A DNA stretch of 63,068 nt, filler included, from Intoshia linei (lineage: Eukaryota; Animalia; Orthonectida): NCBI GenBank assembly GCA_001642005.1. It is 4 parts of 4 records of this genome, joined end to end, with 100 filler letters (N's around TTAATTAATTAA, not from the genome) between each part and the next. Parts side by side here need not be neighbours in the genome. Positions count along the whole stretch, not along the records: positions 40,659 to 58,982 come from LWCA01000784.1; 3 more parts are not named here. The stretch is one strand, 5' to 3'. Below, piece after piece: positions 40,680-51,984 of this stretch. How positions within the stretch are numbered: position 1 is the stretch's first letter; each line of letters opens with the position of its first letter. The position numbers and the translations under genes are program-made. The notes below the pieces were generated by a model, which was not told the DNA's origin, ran no database searches, and saw only the letters and a program-made list of their open reading frames with translations.

Positions 40680-41170
40680 ATCTTGCAAACACATCAGTAG
40701 ATTCGTCCAATTATAAACTACATTTTACTAGACTTTTTCGAAGTTCATCCATAACTTGAAATTCGATAACTTCTGCTAAATTTTTAATCATTTTACAAAA
40801 CAATTGATTTAAGTGCCCCTTTTTGTTTTTCGCAAGTAGAAGTTTTGTAATGTTGAGAGTATAGGGTTTCATCAACGTTTCCGATGGTATGATGGTTTTT
40901 TTGTTTAGAAAACATATAAGCAACATGATATTATGCCTCTACAATTTTGTTACATTGAAAAGAAATAATACATTGTCAACTGTTCCACCTATATCGAAAC
41001 GTCTTCTTTTTCAGCGATAATATCAACACTGCCAATGAGGTTTGGCTTTATGCTATTATTGCATAAAACGCTGAAAAGTAAATGCACTGAGGTTTTTTGG
41101 TTTCATCTGCATCATTACGACAGGTAAAACTAAATTCTACGTAATTGTTATTTCATTCTCTTCTTTTAGA
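40680..41170 (-). mobile_element. Decayed Buster/Charlie-type hAT transposase (N-terminal half)
   Basis: KKTIIPSETLMKP...LAEVIEFQVMDELRKS...CSL*LDESTDV matches KPHTIGExLxKP / FSLQLDESTD. Confidence 0.75.
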
Positions 41171-41904
41171 CATAATTAGAAAAGGTTAAATTTAACACAA
41201 TTGTAAAATTTAATTACAAAATAATTAAAAACAATCGTATCAAAAAATCCATTTTTACAACTGAAATTAATTAATTATTCTTTTAATTTAATATTTTCTA
41301 AATATTATATTTCAATTAAAAAATGGGTTAACTAAATAGTAACTTAGTAAATAGAATAGATTTTTTGTAATAATACAATTTTTTGTAAGCGTAACATACA
41401 GATTCCCCTTTTTAAATAAATGTATAATACATATGTATTATTAAACCTTCTCTTTTGCGATTTAGAAGCATTTTAAATTTCAACGTAATTTAAAACTTGA
41501 GTACATCAAATGGTACTAATTTTGAAAAATAGTTTTAAAACTTAGTTTTATATTTTAAATTAATAGCAAAAGAATACTGTATGTTAAGGTTAAACAGTGC
41601 TATATTTTATCACTAACTAATAATAGATGTTGTATAGCATACTATCTGAAATCTGTTTGTATAGAAAATTAAAAAAATATCGTAAAACCTAGGTTGGCGC
41701 ACCCTAATTTTGTGAATACCGCCTTCAAAAAAATTAACTTTTACTAAACCAATAAAAAATCTAGTTTTAGGCTTCCGTCCTCGTTAGAGCTAGCTGCTGT
41801 TTGTACGAAATATGTGACAGTCCAGCTAATAAGATATAAAATATACTTTGATTGGACTGTTCAATATACCCCACCAACCAAATTGAAACACGATATGTAA
41901 TATC

Positions 41905-42486
41905 TTAATGTACTGTTAATAAAATGTATTTAAAGTAAATATTAATAAAATGACAAAATATAAACCAGACTAGAATCGCAAATACAAAAATGGTCTGAAT
42001 GGTGAATATGGGGAGAGTTTTGACGATATTGAGATTTTTTTTTCAAAATTTTGCGTTTCATGCCATATTTTTGTAATTCTTTATTTTTTGTTATATTGCA
42101 CTGTACAGTTGCATCAATTAATAAATTTTCTTTTGTTTCATGAACCTAATATAATGAAATTAAAAATATTAAAATTTGCAATACCGGTTTTATTACAGTT
42201 TTGCTTAAGTTGGATTTATCAAAATATGGAACATCATTACATTCCCGCCCCTTTAGTATTATTGGATCACAATTTTTGACATCCTCTTGATCGTTCCAAA
42301 CACAATACGGATTGACAATTTTGTCGTTTGATGTGTGCCGTAAATTTTTCATAATGTTTAATTTGTCAACTTTAGTATACAATGTACAAAATTCTTGCTT
42401 GTATTCAGAAATATACTATTTTTAATGAATAAATATATTTGATTATACATAATGTAAATAATATTATAGAATTATATTACCATCAT
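41905..42486 (-). CDS. Hypothetical Cys-containing protein with C-terminal hydrophobic segment
   Basis: Exons 42185-42415 and 41905-42145 are joined by a 39-nt GT-AG intron in frame; ends TIQTIFVFAILVWFIFCHFI...; start uncertain. Confidence 0.4.
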
Positions 42487-42914
42487 GTCTAATTTAATTC
42501 AGTTCTAAATTATAATTGAAAGATTCAAACCCATTTAAATTAGTTTTTGATTTCTATGACATTATAAACATAATACAACCTTGCCAATATTTTTATGCAC
42601 GGATATATGTGTATTTATGCCATCACCAAGATTTTAATTGGATTTAAATTATAAATTTCAAATATAAAAGTCCTTTGTAGAATACGTTTTTTTGCCTGAT
42701 ACCACCGCGTTAAGCTAAATACATTTTCAGTTGAGCATGTTTTGCCAAAATTTTTGCCATTATATTTTTTGTAGGTTATATATAGTCGATCCAAAATGTG
42801 TCTTATTCAGTTCAGCTAAAGTGGCCAGAAAAATACGTACTATCACTTTAAGTTTATTTGGAATAAATTTTAAACAAAAAATTTTTATTCGTCATCATAG
42901 ATAAGTAGTTTTGG

Positions 42915-43076
42915 TGTAAGGATATTGAGTCAATTAGTTCAAACAAATTTAATTATAGTTAAAGTATGATTTAAGTTTCTTCAATTTTGTTTGTCAATAA
43001 AATGGTGTTGCCTGATTGGTTTCCTAGAATTAAGTTTATTTACTGGTTCGGCTGTGATGCTGGTAATATTATTCCT
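42915..43076. mobile_element. Candidate solo LTR inserted in a MITE copy
   Basis: Interrupts the 42815-43110 MITE copy, is flanked by duplicated TTTTGG, starts TGTAAGGA and has an internal AATAAA; 3' ACA end missing. Confidence 0.4.
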
Positions 43077-43379
43077 TTTGGCTTTACATTTATCACCAAA
43101 TAAACTAAAATTTCATTTAGACTAAATAAATATTTTGAAATGTAATTTTATTGTGAATATTTTGTAAACCAAGGTGAAATTATTATTTTACATTATATAA
43201 TTATCAATTATAAAAATATTATTATAATGAATTTTTACTATTATCCCCAAAACTTCAAACTTTATAAAGTAAAAATTTCACTGGAACTGTTTCAGTGAAA
43301 TATTCAAAATTGTTTAAATAAAGTTGGCACTCAATATTTTCAATGTATATTAAACTTTTAAATTTTTATCAAGTCTAAA

Positions 43380-46300
43380 ATGATGTTTAAGTTTTTATTT
43401 TTACTATCAATTTGTTCTTTTTTATATGCAGACCAAGAAAATTTATTAGGTTTATAGTAATATGTATTTTTTTACTCTTTATTATCAGGAAATGAATTGT
43501 ACCACGCATCTAATTGGCAAACTTCAAAATACCAAATTGTGTAATTGTTTTTGTAAAATGAGTTATTTTACTATTTTATTACTAATTTAGATGATATTTA
43601 TGTTGACTACATCATAAATCGACTTTTTACAAATTATAATTCGCACTGTATTTATGAATATTATTAAGATATAAATATTTACCCTTATAAAAAATTACAT
43701 TTAAAAATTAAATTTATTTTGATCGTGTTAGTCAAGATATCATCAAAACTACCATAAAGTGTATTTGGCTAACACTAGCATAATGTACATTATTATATCT
43801 TAGACGTCCAGATTTACTGTTAAAAGCTCACCAAGTTGGTTACACCCCAGCTTCTTTAGATTATGCCGAGTCTTTACTTCTCGGTTACAATTTTGATCAA
43901 AATATAAAGGAAAGTGTCGAGATTGTTGAAAAATTTGTAAAGCTAGGAAATCCTAGAGCACAATTTGTACTGTTTTCGTTAATTGTTTATATTCTACATT
44001 TTAGTTGATGGGTTTGATGTACTCTATTGGAATTGGGAAAGAATTTGACATGGCTAAAGTATTTTTTATATAAATTTAAAATTTTTTTTTGTTTCAATGA
44101 AAAGTCTTGGATTAAATTCTGTCATATTTGGTTAATCGTATAATGGTAGCCCCTTTTTTATGTTATGTTTTTTCTCGTCTTGCCAAAATTACTCAATTTT
44201 AATATTAACTCATTTATGACATTATAGGCGACAATTTATATTAATTTTGCAGCACAAGGAGAGGATGTATTTGCTTTAACTATGTTGGTATGATTTAAGT
44301 TTTTATCTAAATATACACCGACCCTCCAATTATCTTATTAATTTTTATTTAACATATAACAGTCACAATTAATATAGTACTCAAACAAGTTTTTTGATGA
44401 ATTTATTAGGTATGTTTGTCAATGACAGCGTTTTTATCGTCGCCACGCTGGCACAGATTTTTAGTTTAATGAATTTAATGAAAAATGAAGAATATTCTTC
44501 ACGATACAATTGTAATTATGCCAAAATAGTTATTAAATTGATAGTTTTTTATATTTCTAAAAGTTAAATTATCTGGACATAGGTTTTGGGTGGAACTATC
44601 CCAGAACATTTCTAATTATATTAATCATTTATATTTGTTTTCATATTTGAAACTTAATTTAAACTTTATCAATCCATTCAGGGCTATCGTCATTATAAGG
44701 GAATATTAACTAAAAAGGATTGTGCTGAGTCGTTGGAGTATTACAAAAGATCGGCTGATCAAGGTCTACCAATTAATGTTTTTTAAATCCTATTTGACAG
44801 TTATTAAGAATACTAACATGCTTGATGAAAGTTTAATCTACAAGATTCATTTGACGTCCAAATTTTTTGATGAAGACAGAGTCACATTGGGGTCAATAGA
44901 ATTTACGAAAATGAAGGCGAATAATGGAGAACCAACTGCTCAGGTTAGTTGTTGGTTTTATTAAATTTGGTTTTTAAAGTTACAGTGCTGGCTGGTTTGT
45001 TTTGTATTTTTTACGAACAGCGGCTAGCTCTAGCAAAGACTAATTTTTTAATTTATTAAACAATGAGTAAGTAAATGATTTAGCCAAAAATATATACATC
45101 TTTGTTTGGTGCCATGTATATAAGAAAGTAAGAGGATAAATAAGCTAGAACGTGAGCTAAGGCGGTTTTAAATTATATACGTATTTCCATCAGTAAGTTA
45201 GCTTACAAAGTTGTATCGATAATCCAAACAAAAATTGGTCCCTTAGTACTCCAGGTTCAAATTTTTCATCATAATTACATTACATTGATTAATTTTCTAT
45301 TTTAATTTTGAATGGAATTCAGCAATTGTATCTGCAATTTAAACACATTTTCGAAATTTACAAATAATCATCTTACGATGATATTATTTTGTTCTGTCAA
45401 TTTTATTTCACCTTCAATTTCTTATAGGGTTTTTTTGTTTAAATTGTATTAGAGACACGCTTCAGATCCTATTAGATGATATTAACAAAGTTGTATTACT
45501 TTTAGTTTCGTTATTTACTTTCTATTTAAATTTTATTAAAAATGATAATTTGAAATTTAAAAATTGCGTAGCAATGAAAAAAATTTCGAAGGAATGAATT
45601 ATGTAGATTTTCAACTGTATTTCTTTAATGGAAATGTGTAGACGTTCAATTCTCATTTTTTTTGAAATTGTAGGATCGATATTTTCAATTTTTATTTTAA
45701 TCGAAATATTTGAAAAATATTGGCTGATAATTAGAGTCGACATTTTATGGCACTAAAAATTCGATTAATTTTATTGACTTTATACAATTGTGAGCCTGTA
45801 ATTTTGCACGAAATTATAAATGCTAGAAAGTAGTTTTTAAATTAATAAGTTACGTTGATAGTGCTAATTTTTTCATTTTAAATGCAATTTTTAACCCTTA
45901 CGAGACTATGCTGATTTTCAAAATTGAAAGCAAAAAATTTCACTTTTGAAATGTTAAAAAACACTAAAATTTAAAGCTCAAAATTCACAAATTTCAAATG
46001 TTATTGATTTGTAAAGTCAACAACTTTGGCTTTAATATTTAGCTAAGAATTAGCAATAAAATATATTTAATTTATGACACACAATTACAATCACGTCGCG
46101 TCTATTGTATTTCAAATATAATTTATTTTATTGTTTACACAAAGTAAACATTGATAATAAAATTAATTTTTACGCATATTACATGTTATTGTATGAGCAG
46201 TAATTTGTTCAAAATTTATATTGGTACCGCCTTATTATGGTTTGTATCAAAACCAATGTAAATTTATGAGTGTAGTTTTTGGCATCTATACATGCAATTG

Positions 46301-49300
46301 TCTCGTAAAGGTTGAATGCTATAAATGCACGCATTTAAATTTCATTTAAGCACTTATGTATTTATGCAAAATTTGCAATAACTAAGTCACTTTGTGATTT
46401 AAGTTTATTTTACTTCATTTTATTACTTCATTTAAAATTAAAATTTAATGCCAAAAAGACGATTATCCAATATTGAAAAAGTGCAATCTTGCTGCACTGA
46501 ATATCCATCCGAATTTTCTATGATAGAAAGCAAATTATTTTGCGATATATGTAGTAAACTTATTAAATGCGAAAAAAATTTCACGTAGATTCTCATAGAA
46601 AATCTAATACATAATGCCTTAAATGACTAATTTTTTTTATATCAATAATACATTAAATCATAGATAAAGGAGTAGAAATTGTAGCATGATGCCTGTAACG
46701 CTTATTCTAGAATTATCTGTTTTCCTAAAAGAATAGTAATATTGTTCACTCGATTGAATATTCCACTCAATAAGTTGCATTCTGAAGACATGAAACTATT
46801 TTTTGAGGCATATAACGAAAAACTTCCATTTGTTACAAAATGTTACTGATTTGGCAGATAGACGGCTATGCGATATTAAGAAAAAACTTGAACATAAACA
46901 AGTCTTTCTTGTAACAGATGAAAGTGATATTGTTGGAGAAAAATATATGAATATTTTGATGGGAACATTCAATGAACCCCATACAACATATTTAGTTGGT
47001 TTGAGACACGTATCAGTATCTCCACATGCTATAATGATAGCACAGATTATTGATGATACCATAAGCCTTATGGCATAAAGAATACAAAATTCTGTTTGAA
47101 ATGCTACTCATTACAAATTTAACTTAAATTTAATCATTTACTCTATAATGTATTAATAGGAGCAATATGGTGTTTGTTGAAAGTGATTGACTTAATGGAA
47201 TCTAACAAATACACAATTAGTCAAGCTTATAAAACTTAACTATAAATTAACTGAATTAAAATTAAAAACAGACTTATATGAAATTATGCACTCTTCGAGA
47301 AATAACATCCCATAAAATATATACGTTGATTCAATGAAATGCCAACCAACCTCTTGTTCGTTAAAAGAAGCTTCTCAAATCTGAAAAGAATGGTAACCAA
47401 AGATCGTTATTTTCTGAAAAAAAACATTTCATACTGTATTATAATAATGACTAATTGTTAATTGTTAATTATATTTTATGCTTTAATTATATTATTTAAA
47501 ATATTTTAATGTCATATATTAAATCAGGCATTCTCAACTCTTTTTCACTGTGGACCCCTAAGATGATATTAAAAAAACCTGTGGATCCCAAAAAAATTAA
47601 TAATACAGTCCGACCAATTTCAATTTTCAATTTGAAATTTAAAGCTTTTTTTATGACTAGAAACTTTAGTTTCCCAATAGGTTTTTACATTTGTAAGTAA
47701 TTTAATTTAATACCAAAGAATTTACTTTTACATGATTTGCACGTTTTATATTAGTATTTCTGAGCCTTTATGTTTTAAAAACGACTTTATGTTACTGAAA
47801 ATGTCTATAATATGTAATAAATGTATATAATTTCCATGGACCCCAAAAAAGTGCTGTGGACCCCGTTAAGAATGGCTGTATTAAATGACTATTTCATTTT
47901 CAATTCAAATAAATTTAATGAACTTTGAATTAATTGTTGTCTTCGTGTTGTTTAATAACTTTAGTTCTAGAAATTTTTTAGTGCCATAAAAAATGGCATT
48001 TGTCGACTCTACTGATAATATATTTAAAATTATTTTTTATCGGGAATGCGTAGATTTCTGGGGTGGAAATTATGTTTTTATATCAACTGGAATAAGCTTT
48101 ATCAGTTATCTCTTTTTTTAATTTTCGGATCGTTATTTATTTCACATTTTTAGTTAATGATTAATTATAATTAATAATCACATAAAGTATTTCGGAAAAA
48201 AAATATATGAAAACTAAAATGTTTTTTTGTCCGTGAAGACATCACTTATTCAGATTGAAATTTTTTGTGTGTTTTAACAGGATACAACTGTACCACCTGT
48301 AAATTTTTTTAAATTCTAGGGCTGTTTTCATTAAAAAAAAGGGTAATTTGGGGTTTTGGCCCTGAAGATATAATTTTTTTAAATTTTCCAACTTGTTTGA
48401 TTTTTAAAAAGAGGACAATTGGAGTTTTTGACCCGTAAGATATGAGTTTGGGAGGTTGAAATTTATCTTATTATACGCCCGGAAAAAACTGTAATTGATA
48501 TGTGGACTTTATAAAATTTTAAGACTGGTAGTTATTGAAATAAACGATAACATCAAAGACAAACAAAGCATATGATATAAGTAAGGATAATCATAGATCC
48601 ATTATCTGTTTTCGAATATCAAGGATGGAGATCATATAATTTAGATAAAATTTATTTTTTAATGCTAAATATAAAACCAACTAGGTGTGGGACTGAGAGA
48701 GTGTTCTCAATAATTGGACATTACATAATAAAAGAGCGAACCTTTCGTCAGAGATTGTTTTAGTTTTTTTAAAATTTTTCTTTCAACCAATAAATTTTTA
48801 TAATACAATCAGCGTCAAAAATATATCGATAAATTGCCAACACTAATCATACAATCATAATAACATGATTGATTGACCGGAAGTTATAAATTATATTTAT
48901 TCATATCTTAGACGGGTCGTATGCGATATAATTAAATCTGATAATACATTTAGTTAAAATATTATGTTGCATATTATATTTTTACTTAAAAATTTAGTAT
49001 ATACTCGGAGAAATCTATTTTACTGGAAATCGTTACGTTGTTCAGGATTATGATGTATTTTTAAAATTATTTTATGTATTTCATGGTTCTATAGATGGCA
49101 CTAAAATACGCTCGATTAGCTTTTGATGAATACACTGGAAAGGCTGCTGCATTGCTGGGTAAGGTGAGTCTTTGTTTTTTGTATACAGCAGTGTTTCTCA
49201 ATCTCTCCGCCGGATGTACTTGTGCGCCCACCAAATTGTAGGTATGCCGAGCAAAAATTAAAATCAAGCTGTATAACATATCACTGAGGAAATTATTTCC

Positions 49301-51523
49301 TAACCGTAAACCAGGTCCACTAGTCTGTGGCATCAGAAATTTGGTGGACATGGGCAATTTCACGAATTTATTGGAATTATGAAAACTTGGATTAATTTAA
49401 ATGTTTATTTTGTACAATATTAGATTGATTTTTATTTACTTCAGATTTACTTTTTCGGCAGCTAGCTCTGCCGAGGGCCAACTTTTTCATTGATGTTAAG
49501 TTTTTGAGATTGTGATTTATGATAATGCTCATCATTTAAAATATCCAGAATGTATATTTTATTATTCGTAAAAAATAGTCTCTGAATAAATAATAATTAT
49601 TTTGTAATTTAACTGTTATATCAGTCTTAAAAATTGACCTAACGGTTATTTTTAGAAGCGGTATCTGGATTGTTTAAGAATTAAAGTGGCGCCTATAACA
49701 GAAAAGGTTAGGAAACACTAAATTAGGATCAGTTACATCATATTTTTTGTTTTTTAATTTTTGTCCAGAAACGAAATTTTTATCTTAAATTTGCAGCTTT
49801 TCTTTGAAAAATCTTATACAATAATAAAAATTTTTAGAAAGTACCCGACACATGTAAAATTATTACTATTTTTTATCTGATTGCACGCGAAATTTTTTGT
49901 AATTACTTTGTGTGGCCAATGGAGAAAAGGTTGAAACACTGAATATTATATGGTATTCTTTACAATCCATTGCAATGCGCATTGTCCATTTTGTGTAATT
50001 CTCCCATCTTCGTCATGAAATTTCCCAACCTATTTTATGTCATAGTTCAGTTAATTATACTTTTTATTATGACTATCATATTTATTAATACATGTATATT
50101 ACGAGTCTATTTTATCAGGATACTGTGATACGCTGATGTGTGATTTTGAGAATAATAATGCAAAGTTTAGATATATATGCATGGAACACCAAACATACCG
50201 TCAAACAATGAAACTGCACTATTTTACTTTCAAAAAGCAGCTGAAGATGTTTGGATTTTATATTCCATTATATTAAAATTTAGAACGAACCCGACGGTTT
50301 GGTAGGATTAGGTATTTTGACTATGGACGGGAGTGGTACTAATATTGTAATATTTATATAATTAAATGTGAAATGATTTTTAGAATTATTCCAAAGCTTA
50401 TAAACATTTTTCGGATGCTTCTGTTTTGGGTAGTTCTATAGGCTACTATTACATGGCTTATATGCACCAAAGTTAATATAATTGTTAATACTTTTACTCA
50501 CATAATTAGATGGATTAGGAGTTAAAATGGACAGATCAAGCGCATTTAATTATTACACTATTGCAGCACGTAATGGTCATATTCAGTCAATATATAATCT
50601 TGGCAAATTGCATATTTTGTCGCATGGTATTTTGGGGAAATGTGAAGTGGTTGTAGAGGTTGTTATTTTATTTAAATTTTAATTTACTTTTAAGCTCATG
50701 AAATTGGTTGCAGAACGACATCCGTCCTCCAGAATTTTGCATAAAGCGCATATTGAATATAATGAAAAAAATAATATTATTTTTCCATTCATGGTTTTTA
50801 CAATGTATGCCGAATTAGGCTATTCGATTGCGCAATCCAACCTCGCATATCTTTTGATGGAATCTAAATCAAGTTCTTTGGTTTTGTTTGGATCGGATGA
50901 TATCAAGACCAGAGCTTTTCATTATTTGAAAAGGGCGGCTGACCAAGGTTGGTTTTTATAATTTTAGAAAAAATTTAATTTTTACTCATTAAATGGATGC
51001 CTGTCTATTTCAGTTTATTAAATTTTATAAATAGAAGATCAAATGTCAAATTTACTATTGGGAGATTTTTATTTCAATGGAATTGGAACTTCAATTAAAT
51101 TATCAGAATCATTTCATCAATACATTGAAACTTACAATCTGTTTAAAAATGCTCAGGCTGCATTTAATATTGGTTACATGTATGAGCATGGATACGGAAT
51201 TCAAAAAGTATGAATTTTTAGATTTTAGCTTAAAAAGTAAAATATCAATATATTTTTAGGATATTTTCCTCGCTAAAAGAAATTATGATATATCTTTCTC
51301 TACAAGTATGGATTCTCAAGTACCGGCATTTTTAGCAAATTTGAAATTGTCTCTGGTTCATGGTGCGAGTTGGTATTTAAAAGTATAAACTTTTGAAATG
51401 GATTTTTATTTTTTAATTTAGGATTCCAATCAAGTGTTTAAATTCATCTTTGTTGATTACAACATTACACTTATTGTTGCAATGTTCATTATTGTTGTGA
51501 TTTATAAATTCAAATTTTTTTAA
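43380..51523 (+). CDS. SEL1L: SEL1L/Hrd3 ERAD adaptor (Sel1-like repeats, signal peptide, C-terminal TM)
   Basis: Signal [99 protein letters not shown]...DSQVPAFLA; terminal hydrophobic ITLIVAMFIIVVIY. Confidence 0.92.
45732..48011 (+). mobile_element. hAT element with decayed CGGBP1-like transposase
   Basis: TIRs TAGAGTCGACA ... TGTCGACTCTA; exact 8-bp TSD CTGATAAT; ORF remnants from ~46448 MPKRR...EYPSEF...KLFCDICSKLIKCEKNFHVDSHRKS, NIPLNKL, VFLVTDESDIVGEKYMNILMG. Confidence 0.85.
47525..47878. mobile_element. Buster/Charlie-type hAT MITE nested in the CGGBP1-like element
   Basis: TIRs CAGGCATTCTCAAC ... GTTAAGAATGGCTG; exact TSD TATTAAAT; GGACCCC subterminal repeats. Confidence 0.85.
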
Positions 51524-51832
51524 TGAATAAATCTTGCTTTTTGAATGGAAATTTCTTTTATTCATTATTCTCATGGCACTTTGTGTTGGAAACATCAAGT
51601 GTATGATTTTCCGACAATTCACAAATTCACACTCGTTTAAGTGTAATTGCCGTTTATAGTAAGCACACAAAGTTTGAATTTAATTTTATAGTGTACCGGG
51701 ACTTGAAACTCTTGATTCAATTTTTTTTATAAAAATTTCATTTATTCGCGGTATATTAATGTGTAGTTTACGCAAAGCGTATACTTTATTCAGAGTAGAG
51801 TTGGGCTAGTCATATTGGTGTTGTAATTATGA

Positions 51833-51851
51833 CAGAATGGCTACCATCAAT
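51833..51851 (+). promoter_or_regulatory. Candidate upstream motif CAGAATGGCTnnCATCAAT (copy before EHD)
   Basis: 17/19 identical to 30531-30549. Confidence 0.3.
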
Positions 51852-51984
51852 TTCACAAAATTGGCATTGGTTAAACGAATAAAAAAAATCAGAAAATATA
51901 TCCAATACTTGGTAACCTGAGTAGATTCTAAGCTACATTTATTTACACAACATATCAACTTAATTTTTTGAAATTGTATTTAAA

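Larger units (their letters stand above)
44988..48587 (-). mobile_element. Helitron-family copy in a SEL1L intron carrying nested elements
   Basis: 5' end A|TCCTTACTTATATCATATGC at 48587, degenerate hairpin end near 44990-45040, family modules at 45481-45660 and 48025-48587. Confidence 0.6.

Noticed and set aside
51594-51603. U2 snRNA-like ATCAAGTGTA
   Set aside because: The match is only 10 nt; the GTAGTA branch-pairing sequence and U2 5' stem are absent.
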